Source: an uncultured Gammaproteobacteria bacterium
GTDB taxonomy: Bacteria > Pseudomonadota > Gammaproteobacteria > Pseudomonadales > Azotimanducaceae
Length of the DNA: 64,000 nt
NCBI GenBank assembly: GCA_963812255.1
Contig: CAWEUM010000007.1
Span: 51,347 to 115,346 of the forward strand
Direction of reading: 5' to 3'
The first letter of the stretch is position 1. Each line of letters opens with the position of its first letter. Below, one piece after another: positions 1-9,741 of this stretch. The notes beneath the pieces were generated by a model. It saw only the letters and a program-made list of their open reading frames with translations. It was not told the DNA's origin and did not search any database. A program made the position numbers and the translations under genes.

Positions 1-1046
1 ACACGATCGATTTCGCGAAGGTTCGCGCCGCCACGCGGGCGTGCCTGGACGAGGTCGCGAAGAACTCGGACCCGGCGCAGTACACGACAACGGCCGCCGT
101 GCACGACCTCGAGGCGCTGCGCAAGGCGCTCGGCGCGCCGCAGTTCAATCTAGTTGGCGTCTCCTACGGCACGCGTGTCGCACAGCAGTATCTGCGCAGT
201 CATCCCGAAGGTGTCCGCAGCGTGGTACTTGACAGCCCGGTGCCAAACGAACTCGCGCTTGGTTCCGAGTTCGCGCTCAATCTCGATGCTGCACTGAAGG
301 CGCAGTTTGCTGCGTGCGTTCGCACACCGACGTGCGCAAAGGCATTCGGCGATCCATACACCAACCTGTATCGACTGCGCGACCGGCTCGCCGCAAACCC
401 GCAGAACGTGAGCGTGCGCAATCCGCGCACCTACGCGAGCGAGACCAAACCGCTCGGCGCATATGCGCTCGCAGGCCTGGTGCGTCTGTTCGCCTACTCG
501 CCGGAAACGAGCGCGTTGCTGCCGCTGGTGATCGATCGCGCACTCGACGGAGATACCACGCCGCTGGTCGGTCAGGCTGAGATCATCAACGACGAGGTGT
601 CCGATATCACCGGTAGCGGCATGCAGCTCTCCGTGATCTGTGCGGAGGACGCCGATTTGCTGGTCGATCGTCCGCAGGACGCCGGGCTCATTCTGGGCGA
701 CGTCTTCGTGAATGTGCTGAAGGCGCAATGTGTGATCTGGCCGCATGGCACGCGACCGCCGGATTTTCATGCGCCCGTGCACAGCGATAAACCGGTACTG
801 ATCCTTTCCGGCGAACTGGATCCGGTCACGCCGCCGCGCTACGGCGCGGCGATCCTCCAAGGCTTGCCGAACGGCCGCCAACTCATCGCCAAAGGACAAG
901 GACATAGTGTCATGGCGCGCGGCTGCTTCCCGACGTTGATCGATCGCTTCGTCGAGACGCTCAATGCAAGCAAACTCGATACGGCTTGCGTTGCCGACTT
1001 CGGGGCGATGCCCGCGTTCATAGACTTCAACGGAGCCGCGCCATGA
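1..1046 (+). CDS. alpha/beta hydrolase with TAP-like (tripeptidyl aminopeptidase-type) C-terminal domain; 5' end lies outside the window
   Basis: Frame 3 is open from nt 3 into listed ORF 99..1046. It has the nucleophile elbow GVSYG (G-x-S-x-G). The stop overlaps the next start (ATGA at 1043-1046). Confidence 0.8.
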   Translation, partial: TIDFAKVRAATRACLDEVAKNSDPAQYTTTAAVHDLEALRKALGAPQFNLVGVSYGTRVAQQYLRSHPEGVRSVVLDSPVPNELALGSEFALNLDAALKAQFAACVRTPTCAKAFGDPYTNLYRLRDRLAANPQNVSVRNPRTYASETKPLGAYALAGLVRLFAYSPETSALLPLVIDRALDGDTTPLVGQAEIINDEVSDITGSGMQLSVICAEDADLLVDRPQDAGLILGDVFVNVLKAQCVIWPHGTRPPDFHAPVHSDKPVLILSGELDPVTPPRYGAAILQGLPNGRQLIAKGQGHSVMARGCFPTLIDRFVETLNASKLDTACVADFGAMPAFIDFNGAAP

Positions 1047-1777
1047 TCGAAGTTCGCGACCTGCACAAAGCCTTCGGCGAAGTAAAAGCCGTGAATGGCG
1101 TCTCCTTCGTTGCGCGTGACGGCGAGATCACCGGATTGCTCGGCCCGAACGGTGCCGGCAAGACGACGACGTTGCGCATGCTGTACACGCTGATGCGACC
1201 GGATGCCGGCGCAGTACGCGTCGACGACATCGACGCCGTGGTCGATCCCCTTGCAGTGCGACGCCGGCTCGGCGTCCTCCCAGATGCACGCGGCCTCTAC
1301 AAGCGCCTCAGCGCGCGCGAAAACATGGACTATTTCGGACGCCTGCAAGGCCTCGACGCCGCAACGCGTCGGCAGCGCGCCGATGTCTTGATCGCCGCGC
1401 TTCAGATGAACGACTTCGCGGATCGGCGCGCAGACGGATTTTCGCAGGGGCAGCGCGTGAAGACCGCAATCGCGCGGGCACTGATTCACGATCCGCGCAA
1501 CGTGATTCTCGACGAGCCGACCAATGGGCTCGACGTCATGGCGACGCGCGCGATGCGCGCGTTCATGCGCAGGCTCAGGGACGAGGGCCGTTGTGTGCTG
1601 TTTTCCAGTCATATCATGCAGGAGGTCGGCGCACTCTGCGACCGCATCGTCGTGATCGCGCGCGGACGCGTGGTCGCTGATGAAACACCCGACGCATTGC
1701 GCGCGCAGACGGGTCACGCAAATCTCGAAGATGCTTTTGTCGCCCTCATCGGTTCGGAAGAAGGACTCGCCGCATGA
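1043..1777 (+). CDS. ABC transporter ATP-binding protein (NatA-like, ABC-2 type exporter)
   Basis: Walker A GPNGAGKT, signature-like FSQGQR and Walker B ILDEPT are present. I chose ATG 1043 (MIEVRDLHKAF...) over the listed upstream start 986 because of the ATGA overlap with the preceding stop. Confidence 0.9.
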   Translation: MIEVRDLHKAFGEVKAVNGVSFVARDGEITGLLGPNGAGKTTTLRMLYTLMRPDAGAVRVDDIDAVVDPLAVRRRLGVLPDARGLYKRLSARENMDYFGRLQGLDAATRRQRADVLIAALQMNDFADRRADGFSQGQRVKTAIARALIHDPRNVILDEPTNGLDVMATRAMRAFMRRLRDEGRCVLFSSHIMQEVGALCDRIVVIARGRVVADETPDALRAQTGHANLEDAFVALIGSEEGLAA

Positions 1778-2949
1778 AGGCCGCATTGATCGTCTTCGTG
1801 AAGGAAGTGCGCGAGAACCTGCGCGACCGGCGCACGGTGATCAACACACTGGCGACCGGTCCGCTGTTTGCACCGCTGGTGTTCGCGCTGGTCATCAACG
1901 CGGCCGTCAGCCGCGAGATCGGCAAAGCCGAGAAACCACTCGACCTGCCGGTGATTGGCGCTGCGCATGCACCGAACCTGATCGCCGCACTCGAGCAACA
2001 GAACGTTCACGTCGAGCACGCTCCGGCTGATCCGGAACGCGCTGTTCGCGAGCAGGACACCGATCTCGTGCTGCGCGTTCCGCCGAGTTTTGGCGAAGCG
2101 TGGCGCAACGGTGAGCCAGCGCAGGTGGAACTGATCTTCGACGCTTCGCAGCGCGACGCGAGCGGCTCGGTGGCGCGGCTGCGGTCACTACTGGAGAGCT
2201 ATGCGCAGCGCACGGGGGCGCTGCGTCTGATCGCGCGCGGCCTGTCGCCCGAGGTGATCCGGCCGCTTGTGGTTGCCTCGCGCGACCAGTCCACCGCACA
2301 GTCGCGCAGCGGGATTCTGTTCGGCATGCTGCCGTACTTCTTCATCCTCGGCGGCTTTGTCGGCGGGATGGCACTGGCGATCGACACCACCGCCGGCGAG
2401 CGCGAGCGGCAGTCGCTGGAGCCTCTGCTCGTCAATCCCGTTGCGCGCGCCAGAATTCTGCTAGGCAAACTCGGGGCGACCAGTCTGTTCGCGTTGACCG
2501 CGGTACTGCTCAGCATCATCGCATTCTCGGTGGTCGGCCAGTTCCTGCCGGTCGAAAAGCTCGGTATGGCGCTCGACATCGGTCCGCGCTTCGCCTTGAG
2601 TACGTTGTTCATCATGCTGCCGCTGGTGGTGTTGCTGGCGACGCTGCAGACTCTTGCCGCCGCATTCGCCAAGAGCTTCCGCGAAGCACAGACGTATCTC
2701 TCGCTGCTGACGCTGGTGCCGGTGATCCCGACCCTGCTGCTCTCGGTGTTTCCTTTGAAGACGCAGACCTGGATGTACACCGTCCCGCTGCTGTGCCAGC
2801 AGGTCGCGATCATGCGTCTGCTACGCGGCGACCCGGTCACGCTGCTGCAGTTCGGCATGTGCTTCGGATGCACAACCGTCGCCGCGGTGGTGGCGTATCT
2901 GGTCACGGCTCGCGTTTACCGCAGCGAGCGGCTGGCGATCTCCACTTGA
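1774..2949 (+). CDS. ABC-2 family transporter permease (NatB-like)
   Basis: 391-aa ORF with an N-terminal TM helix, a large loop and a C-terminal multi-TM block. ATGA overlap with the ATPase gene. Confidence 0.85.
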   Translation: MKAALIVFVKEVRENLRDRRTVINTLATGPLFAPLVFALVINAAVSREIGKAEKPLDLPVIGAAHAPNLIAALEQQNVHVEHAPADPERAVREQDTDLVLRVPPSFGEAWRNGEPAQVELIFDASQRDASGSVARLRSLLESYAQRTGALRLIARGLSPEVIRPLVVASRDQSTAQSRSGILFGMLPYFFILGGFVGGMALAIDTTAGERERQSLEPLLVNPVARARILLGKLGATSLFALTAVLLSIIAFSVVGQFLPVEKLGMALDIGPRFALSTLFIMLPLVVLLATLQTLAAAFAKSFREAQTYLSLLTLVPVIPTLLLSVFPLKTQTWMYTVPLLCQQVAIMRLLRGDPVTLLQFGMCFGCTTVAAVVAYLVTARVYRSERLAIST

Positions 2950-2968
2950 TACGAGGGACGTTCGGCGG

Positions 2969-4690
2969 CTACAAGGCACCGTCGTCGTGAACGACATCAC
3001 CATCGAAGACTGTGCGCAACACCTGGGTCGCCGCGAGATCCTCGATGCGACACGTCAATGCGTCGCGATCAACGACAATGAAGTCCGCGTGGCTGCCCGG
3101 CGCGAGCGTGCCGACACCGTCCCATTCGAGCGCGCGCGCCGCATCGCACGTCCACATCCGCAGTGCCTGTTCGCGCGAGACCTTCTGCGCCGGTCCATCG
3201 TTACGCCGTCCGCTGCCCCAGAACTCGTGCGTCTGCGCCAGCGCGATGTGCTCGAAAATGTTCTTCGGCCCCCAATCGCTGCCGGCCGCAACGAGCAGGC
3301 CCGCGTCGAGCAGGCGCTTCAGCGGGATCAGATCGTCCCACACATGAGCGCCGACACGCTTCTCGAACAAGTCTCCCTTCGCGCACGAGAACGACATGCT
3401 GGTGGTCACTACGAAGCCGAGTTCGGCGTAGCGGCGCGCGTGTTCGGCGGTGCAAAGATAGTTATGCTGCAGGATCCATCGCCGGTCGCGGATCGGCGTG
3501 TGGGCCGCGAATGCCTCGGCGTTGGCGAGAAACTCATCGTGATCGGCGTAGCCCGCACCAATGAAGTTGAGCCGCACGTCGTGCGCCGTGCAATATTCGA
3601 GCGCGACATGCTCTCGCCGCTGCGGTACGAATTCACGGCCGCGCGTCAGTTCCCCGTACGGACCGATGTACGGCTGTTTCATGCGCAGAAAGCCGGGATT
3701 GAACGGACCGCCGCGCGACAGTGTGACACCGTTGTGGCGCAGCAGATCGTCGTGCAGCGACGTCATTTCAGCTGCGAGCTTCAGATTCGCGACGAACGCT
3801 TCGTCCGACAGCGGCTTCTGCCACGGCATCGAGTAGTTCTCGGCTTCGAGCGACGTCAGCACCCTCATCCGCAACTGATCCGATTGCCGCAATGCCCGAA
3901 ACAGCCCGATCGACGTTGCGTCCATCACGTGGCCTTCATAGATCGTCGTCACGCCGAGACGATGGTAGTTGGCGACACCTTCCAACGTCGCCGGCACAGC
4001 AATCTCGGGTTTCAGCAGCGGCAGTCGGCCGAGCAATTCGTCCATGTACGGATCGCCCGTGTAGTAGGTATTGACCGGGCCGCTGAGGCGTCCGGTCGGA
4101 TCGCCGCACGCGTCCTTCTCGATCCACACATTGCTCTGGCGTGACGGCGTCGACGCGTTGATGCCCAGCACCGCAAGGGCCGCGGAATTGAACACACAGA
4201 TGTTCGGCGTCGTCGGCCCCCACGCCTGCAGCCACACTGGATGATTCGGTGCCGCGCGATCGAGTACGAAGCGATCAGGCAGCACGTGCTCGGCGAGGTC
4301 GCGCCACGAGCGGCGAATGAAGTAGTGCGGTTCACCAATCGGCGTCGCCATGATCCATTCCCCCGACGGCGTCGACGCGGCGCGTTCGCGAATGCGCGCA
4401 ACGATGTCGTCGTGCGATGTCGCATCCCACAGTTTTACGAGCGGGTACTCGAGCACGCTGAAATGAAACAGGTGCGGATGCGTATCGACGAATCCGGGCA
4501 GGACCGTCGCGCCGTTCAGATCGACAACATCCACGCCGGCGCCGGCCACCGAACGCATGTCGGCATCGCTGCCGCATGCAACGACGCGGTCGCCGCGCGT
4601 GACCAGCGCGGTGGCGTCCGTTGGCGACGGCGTGTTGGCATACATGGGTCTGATACGGCCGTTGCGGTACAGCACAACCCGACTCGTCAT
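2969..4690 (-). CDS. amidohydrolase family protein (YtcJ-like metal-dependent hydrolase)
   Basis: 573-aa ORF. It has GFVDTHPHLF (the H-x-H metal motif) near the N-terminus and a C-terminal AAGSDW...GSHADFIVVD pattern typical of amidohydrolase 3. Confidence 0.85.
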   Translation of the reverse strand: MTSRVVLYRNGRIRPMYANTPSPTDATALVTRGDRVVACGSDADMRSVAGAGVDVVDLNGATVLPGFVDTHPHLFHFSVLEYPLVKLWDATSHDDIVARIRERAASTPSGEWIMATPIGEPHYFIRRSWRDLAEHVLPDRFVLDRAAPNHPVWLQAWGPTTPNICVFNSAALAVLGINASTPSRQSNVWIEKDACGDPTGRLSGPVNTYYTGDPYMDELLGRLPLLKPEIAVPATLEGVANYHRLGVTTIYEGHVMDATSIGLFRALRQSDQLRMRVLTSLEAENYSMPWQKPLSDEAFVANLKLAAEMTSLHDDLLRHNGVTLSRGGPFNPGFLRMKQPYIGPYGELTRGREFVPQRREHVALEYCTAHDVRLNFIGAGYADHDEFLANAEAFAAHTPIRDRRWILQHNYLCTAEHARRYAELGFVVTTSMSFSCAKGDLFEKRVGAHVWDDLIPLKRLLDAGLLVAAGSDWGPKNIFEHIALAQTHEFWGSGRRNDGPAQKVSREQALRMWTCDAARALEWDGVGTLAPGSHADFIVVDRDALTCRIEDLAATQVLRTVFDGDVVHDDGAL

Positions 4691-4807
4691 GTGATCACCC
4701 CGCCCACAGTCGGAATCTCAGCGATCGTCCGAATCATGCCGCTCGGACGATCACGCATCATCGCCTGGTCAGCCCTCTAAGATGCGGCGCTGGTGTGATC
4801 ACCGCCG

Positions 4808-6001
4808 TTATGCGAAGCGTCTGAGCTCCCGCCGCGCGATGACCATCTTGTGCACCTCATCCGGACCGTCAGCGATGCGCAGCGCGCGACCATTGCGCCA
4901 CATCGATGCAATCGGCGTGTCGTCCGATACCCCGAGTGCGCCGAGACACTGAATCGCGCGGTCGAGCACCGTCATCATCATGTTCGGCACGACCACCTTG
5001 ACCATCGACAGTTCCGTCCGTGCTTGACGTTTGCCGACCGTATCCATCTTCCAGGCGGCGTGTTGCGTCAGCAGCCGAGCCTGATCGATCTCCATTCGCG
5101 ACATCGCGATCCAGTCCTGAACGATCTGCTTCTCGGCGAGTTTCACGCCGCCGACTTCACGCTCGTTAGCGTGCCGGCACATGATCTCGAACGCCCGCTC
5201 CGCACTGCCGATTGCGCGCATGCAGTGATGAATGCGTCCCGGACCAAGCCGCGCTTGCGCCAGCATGAACCCGCCGTGCAGCGGGCCTAGTAGATTCTCG
5301 GCGGGCACGCGGCAGTTGTGATACTGAATTTCGCAATGACCACCACCCCCGGAATGCCCCATCACCGATACTGGCCGAACGATGTTGAAACCCGGCGCGT
5401 TCGTCGGCACCAGGATCATCGAGGCACGTTCATGCGGGGCACCGTGCGGGTTCGTCACGACCATCGCAATCGCGAATTCGGCACCGATGGCACCGCTCGT
5501 GAACCACTTGTGACCGTTGATGACCCAGTCATCGCCATCGCGTACCGCAGTCGTTCGCAAACCGGTCGGATCGGCACCCGACACGTCCGGTTCGGTCATC
5601 GAAAAGCAGGAACGGATCTCGCCTTCCAGCAGCGGCTTGAGCCAACGGTCCTTCTGCGCCGCCGTACCGAATTCCGCAAGAATCTCGATGTTGCCCGTGT
5701 CCGGAGCCTGGCAATTGAAAACGCGCGATGCAATCTGGCTTTTTCCCATGTGCTCACAAAGAACCGAGTAGTCGTGGTTGGAAACGCCAGGACCCCATTC
5801 TGGATCCGGCAGGAACAGGTTCCATAGACCAAGTTGTTTCGCTTCGGCGCGAAGGCTCTTCATGATCGGCGGATCATCACCGCTCGCGACTGAGTGAACC
5901 TGTTCAGCATAGGTTCGTTCCGCTGGAATGATTTTGTTGTTGATCAGCCGGACGACCTGCTCCTCGATCAACCGGCCTTCTTCGGATATGGCGAAATCCA
6001 T
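4808..6001 (-). CDS. acyl-CoA dehydrogenase family protein (FadE2/ACAD10-like)
   Basis: 397-aa ORF with CFSMTEP, GPGRIHHCMR and a DGPDEVH C-terminal motif. It is a paralog of 15439..16686. Confidence 0.9.
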   Translation of the reverse strand: MDFAISEEGRLIEEQVVRLINNKIIPAERTYAEQVHSVASGDDPPIMKSLRAEAKQLGLWNLFLPDPEWGPGVSNHDYSVLCEHMGKSQIASRVFNCQAPDTGNIEILAEFGTAAQKDRWLKPLLEGEIRSCFSMTEPDVSGADPTGLRTTAVRDGDDWVINGHKWFTSGAIGAEFAIAMVVTNPHGAPHERASMILVPTNAPGFNIVRPVSVMGHSGGGGHCEIQYHNCRVPAENLLGPLHGGFMLAQARLGPGRIHHCMRAIGSAERAFEIMCRHANEREVGGVKLAEKQIVQDWIAMSRMEIDQARLLTQHAAWKMDTVGKRQARTELSMVKVVVPNMMMTVLDRAIQCLGALGVSDDTPIASMWRNGRALRIADGPDEVHKMVIARRELRRFA

Positions 6002-6312
6002 CGGATCCTCCCCTCATGCGCGCTCTTGTTGCAATGGAATTTACGCTTCGGCCGCACCCCACTATATAGGCAGATCCACTGATCAGCACCTCCCGCCGCG
6101 GACGGCATGCCACAGTTCGGTCGCGATAGTCATCGTTATCGAATACATTTTTTCGGTCGATGTGGGAGACCGACCGCTTGACGATCGAATATCGACGATC
6201 TTCATCGGAGCTTCGCAGTTGCGATTGGGTTGTGCAAAATGCCGGAACGGCAGTATCGATAGCCTGAGCGGCGCCGAGGCACCGTTACCGAGTCAGTCAC
6301 TGAAGGACCGCC

Positions 6313-7779
6313 ATGCCCCAAACCGAAACCTATAACGATCACGTGGTACGCCTGTTCCTGCTCGCGGCCGCCGTTTGGGGCATCGTCGGGATGTCCATTG
6401 GCGTGTACGCCGCGGCCGAGATGGCATGGCCGGTTCTGAATTTCAACACCGATTGGCTGACGTTCAGTCGGCTGCGGCCGAACCATACATTCGGTGTCAT
6501 TTTCGCGTTCGGCGGCTCGGCGCTGATGGGCACCTGCTACTACGTGGTTCAGCGCACCGGACATACGCGGCTGGCGTTGTCGCGACTGGCCACGATGACG
6601 TTCTGGGGCTGGCAACTGGTCATCGTGCTGGCGATGGCGACGATGCCGTTCGGGATCACCCAGAGCAAGGAGTACGCCGAACCGGAATGGCCCATCGACA
6701 TCCTGATCGCCATCGTGTGGGTGTCGTTCGGCGTCGTCTTCTTCGCGACCCTGGCGCGGCGCCGCATCCGACACATTTATGTCGCGAACTGGTACTACGG
6801 TGCATTCATCATCGCGGTCGGTCTGCTGCACATCGTCAACAATCTCGTGTTGCCGGTATCGCTGTGGAAGTCCTACCCGATCTACTCCGGCAGCGTCGAT
6901 GCGATGGTGCAATGGTGGTACGGGCACAATGCAGTCGCGTTTTTCCTGACCGCCGGCTTCCTCGGGATGATGTACTACTTCGTGCCGCGCCAGGCCCAGC
7001 AGCCGCTGTGGAGCTATCGCTTCTCCATTGTCAATTTCTGGGCGCTGATCTCGGTGTACATGTGGGCCGGCTCGCATCATCTGATGTACACCGCGCTACC
7101 CGACTGGGTGCAGTCGGTCGGGATGGTGTTCTCGCTGGTACTGCTGATCCCGAGTTGGGGTTCGGCCGCGAACGGTCTGCTCACGTTCAACGGCTCCTGG
7201 CACAAGCTGCAGACCGACTACGCAGCACGCTTCATGGTGATCGCCCTCGTGTTCTACGCCGCATCGACGTTCGAGGGTTCGATGATGGCGATCAAGACCG
7301 TCAATGCGTTCACGCATTACACCGACTGGACCATCGCTCACGTGCACTCCGGCGCGCTCGGCTGGGTTGCGATGATTACCATCGGTTCGCTGTACGCGAT
7401 GGCGCCGCGCGCGCTGGACCGACCGGCGATGCATTCGCAGCGCGCGATCAACGTACATTTCTGGCTGCACACGTCTGGTGTGCTGATGTACGTCATCGCG
7501 ATGTGGACAGCCGGGGCGGTGGAGGGTCAGATGTGGCGCGCCACCAATGCCGACGGCACCCTCAGCTATCCGTTCATCGCCAGCCTGATTGCGGTGAAGC
7601 CGTTCTACCTGATCCGTCTGACGGGGGGCGTGTTCATCGTCGCCGGCATGGTCGTGATGGCCTGGAACCTCTGGCACACGGCGGCGAACGCGCGCGCGTA
7701 TCTCATCAAACCGATACCCGTGCCGATTCCGGAACCGGATGCACTGCAGGTACCGGCGCCGCTACCGGCGGCAACCTAA
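6313..7779 (+). CDS. ccoN: cytochrome c oxidase cbb3-type, subunit I
   Basis: 488-aa polytopic ORF with [13 protein letters not shown] and HHLMYT / HVHSGALGW histidine motifs. ccoO follows. Confidence 0.95.
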   Translation: MPQTETYNDHVVRLFLLAAAVWGIVGMSIGVYAAAEMAWPVLNFNTDWLTFSRLRPNHTFGVIFAFGGSALMGTCYYVVQRTGHTRLALSRLATMTFWGWQLVIVLAMATMPFGITQSKEYAEPEWPIDILIAIVWVSFGVVFFATLARRRIRHIYVANWYYGAFIIAVGLLHIVNNLVLPVSLWKSYPIYSGSVDAMVQWWYGHNAVAFFLTAGFLGMMYYFVPRQAQQPLWSYRFSIVNFWALISVYMWAGSHHLMYTALPDWVQSVGMVFSLVLLIPSWGSAANGLLTFNGSWHKLQTDYAARFMVIALVFYAASTFEGSMMAIKTVNAFTHYTDWTIAHVHSGALGWVAMITIGSLYAMAPRALDRPAMHSQRAINVHFWLHTSGVLMYVIAMWTAGAVEGQMWRATNADGTLSYPFIASLIAVKPFYLIRLTGGVFIVAGMVVMAWNLWHTAANARAYLIKPIPVPIPEPDALQVPAPLPAAT

Positions 7780-7789
7780 CGAGGTCGAT

Positions 7790-8434
7790 ATGGCGCGCGG
7801 ATACAAGTACTTCGAAGCGATCGAGAAACATGCCGGAAGGCTCGGCATCCTGACGGCGATCATGGTCTCGCTGGGTGGACTGGCCGAAATCATACCGGTC
7901 TTCATGGCGGCGCACGCGGTGAAGCCGGCGCCTAACGTCAAACCCTACGACGCGCTGCGCCTTGCCGGGAAGGACATCTACGTGCGCGAAGGCTGCTACC
8001 TGTGCCACTCGCAGATGATCCGCGCGTTGCGCGCCGAAACACAGCGCTACGGACATTTCTCAATCGCCAGCGAATCGGTTTATGACCGGCCCTTTCAGTG
8101 GGGTTCCAAGCGTACCGGTCCGGACCTCGCCCGCGTTGGTGGCAAATACAGCGACGAGTGGCAGCGCAAGCATCTACTCGATCCGCGCGCTTTCGTGCCG
8201 GCGTCCAACATGCCCGCGTATCCGTGGCTCGAGAGAGCAAAACTCGATCCCGCCGACATCGAACAACGCATGATCACGTTGCGTCGCCTCGGTGACCCAT
8301 ACACCGACGCGGACATCACCGACGCGCGCGCGGCCGTCGATGGTCGCACCGAAATGGACGCACTCTTGGCGTATTTGCAGGGGCTCGGTGTGGACTCTCC
8401 AATGGCGACAGTGACTACCGCGGCGGCGCCATGA
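7790..8434 (+). CDS. ccoO: cytochrome c oxidase cbb3-type, subunit II (monoheme)
   Basis: MARGYKYFEAIEKH... N-terminus and heme motif CYLCH in GCYLCHSQMIR. GAGG lies 5 nt upstream of ATG 7790. The listed ORF start 7739 overlaps ccoN and is unlikely. Confidence 0.95.
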   Translation: MARGYKYFEAIEKHAGRLGILTAIMVSLGGLAEIIPVFMAAHAVKPAPNVKPYDALRLAGKDIYVREGCYLCHSQMIRALRAETQRYGHFSIASESVYDRPFQWGSKRTGPDLARVGGKYSDEWQRKHLLDPRAFVPASNMPAYPWLERAKLDPADIEQRMITLRRLGDPYTDADITDARAAVDGRTEMDALLAYLQGLGVDSPMATVTTAAAP

Positions 8435-8622
8435 ATCCGATCTGGGGACATGTGATCGGCGTGGTAACCGTGATTCTGATGGTGACCTTCATCGGGATCT
8501 GGATCTGGGCTTGGAGCGACCGTCACAAACGCTCCTTCGACGCGCTCGCGCGCCTGCCGATGAACGAAGAGTTGGATGAGTTGCACGGGCTGGCCCAGTT
8601 TGATGGCAAGGAGGAGAAGTGA
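8431..8622 (+). CDS. ccoQ: cbb3-type cytochrome oxidase subunit CcoQ
   Basis: 63-aa single-TM ORF between ccoO and ccoP, with ATGA and GTGA overlaps on either side. Confidence 0.8.
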   Translation: MNPIWGHVIGVVTVILMVTFIGIWIWAWSDRHKRSFDALARLPMNEELDELHGLAQFDGKEEK

Positions 8623-9530
8623 GTCCGTTCTGGTCTACTTGGATCATGGTCCTGATCGTGTTCAATCTCGGCATCACGCTGTTTCTGTTCGTGTGGGGAA
8701 CACGGGTCGATATTCCGACGTTGCCCGACGGCACCAGCGGTCACGTCTGGGCTCATGGCACGGTGCGCGAGGCCGTCCGAAAGCTGCCGCTGTGGTGGGT
8801 GCTGATGTCCGTGGCCATGTTCGTCGTGGCGTTCGGCTACCTCACGTTGTTTCCCGGCTTTGGCGGTTTCAAGGGGCTGCTCGACTGGAGTTCAGAGCAA
8901 CAGTTGGCGCAGAACACCGCAACCAACAATGTCAAACTCGATGCCGCGATGCAGCGCTTCGGAAACCGCAGTATCGAACAGCTCGCCAACGAACCGGCCG
9001 CAGTCCAGATCGGACGGCGCCTGTTCATCGACAACTGCGCCGCGTGTCATGGCCCGCTGGGTCACGGCAATCGCGAGATCGGTGCGCCGAATCTGACGGA
9101 TGCCGCCTGGCTGTACGGCGGCGGTGGCGACGCCGTCATGGCGAGCATCCTCGACGGTCGCAACGGCGTGATGCCGCCGTTCGGGGCGGCTTTCGACGCC
9201 GCGACGGTGAGCAACCTCGCGCACTATGTATTGAGCCTGTCCGGTGACACGCATTCGCAAACCGCAGCGGCTGCAGCCAAGCCGATGTTCGCCGTGTGTT
9301 CGGCGTGCCATGGCGCCGACGGCACAGGAAATCCCGCACTGGGTGCACCGGACCTCACCGACGCGGCCTGGCTCTACGGCAGCGACCTCGACAGCATCGA
9401 AGACACGATTCGAAACGGTCGTAGCGGCGCGATGCCGGCATGGCGCGCGCGCATCGGTGAACCACAGGTGCGCCTCGTCGCCGCCTGGATCTACGCACAG
9501 TCGCATACCGATGCATCCGCCGCACCGTGA
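8619..9530 (+). CDS. ccoP: cytochrome c oxidase cbb3-type, subunit III (diheme)
   Basis: N-terminal TM segment and two CxxCH motifs (CAACH, CSACH). Confidence 0.95.
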   Translation: MSPFWSTWIMVLIVFNLGITLFLFVWGTRVDIPTLPDGTSGHVWAHGTVREAVRKLPLWWVLMSVAMFVVAFGYLTLFPGFGGFKGLLDWSSEQQLAQNTATNNVKLDAAMQRFGNRSIEQLANEPAAVQIGRRLFIDNCAACHGPLGHGNREIGAPNLTDAAWLYGGGGDAVMASILDGRNGVMPPFGAAFDAATVSNLAHYVLSLSGDTHSQTAAAAAKPMFAVCSACHGADGTGNPALGAPDLTDAAWLYGSDLDSIEDTIRNGRSGAMPAWRARIGEPQVRLVAAWIYAQSHTDASAAP

Positions 9531-9741
9531 GGTCGCGCGGAGCGGAACATGGTACCGCCAGCCGGTGCTGTGGCTCGGCGCACTGATTTTTGTTGCTTCT
9601 CTGGTGGGCTGTGTCTGGATGATTGTGCTCGGCGCACATCATGCCGATGAGCCTCTCTCCGACACCGGCGCGACGATTCTGGGTATGCCCCTGCGCGACG
9701 GCTCGACGCCTGCTGCCCCGTCTCACGCGCAGCAACCATGA
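9511..9741 (+). CDS. small FixH/CcoH-like membrane protein (76 aa; start uncertain, GTG 9565 also possible)
   Basis: The WYRQPVLWLGALIFVASLVG segment resembles the PWY(R/K)Q-plus-TM start of FixH/CcoH. The stop overlaps the ccoI start (ATGA at 9738-9741). It is much shorter than a canonical FixH. Confidence 0.5.
   Translation: MHPPHREVARSGTWYRQPVLWLGALIFVASLVGCVWMIVLGAHHADEPLSDTGATILGMPLRDGSTPAAPSHAQQP

Noticed and set aside
6001-6312. Expected FNR/Anr box (TTGAT-N4-ATCAA) upstream of ccoN.
   Set aside because: I read the spacer on both strands. I found only poor matches (e.g. TTGACGATCGAATA at 6177-6190), so I do not annotate a site.
6375-7853. 492-aa ORF overlapping ccoN/ccoO in another frame. 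Similar long alternative-frame ORFs occur throughout, e.g. 839..1786, 2987..4144, 46652..47692 and 49318..50250.
   Set aside because: The products are Arg/Ala/Gly/Pro-rich and low in complexity, as expected from stop-poor off-frames in GC-rich DNA. Each lies fully inside a gene with clear family motifs.
9244-9510. Upstream two-thirds of listed ORF 9244..9741.
   Set aside because: It lies inside ccoP in another frame. Only the tail from ATG 9511 (or GTG 9565) has a membrane-protein character.
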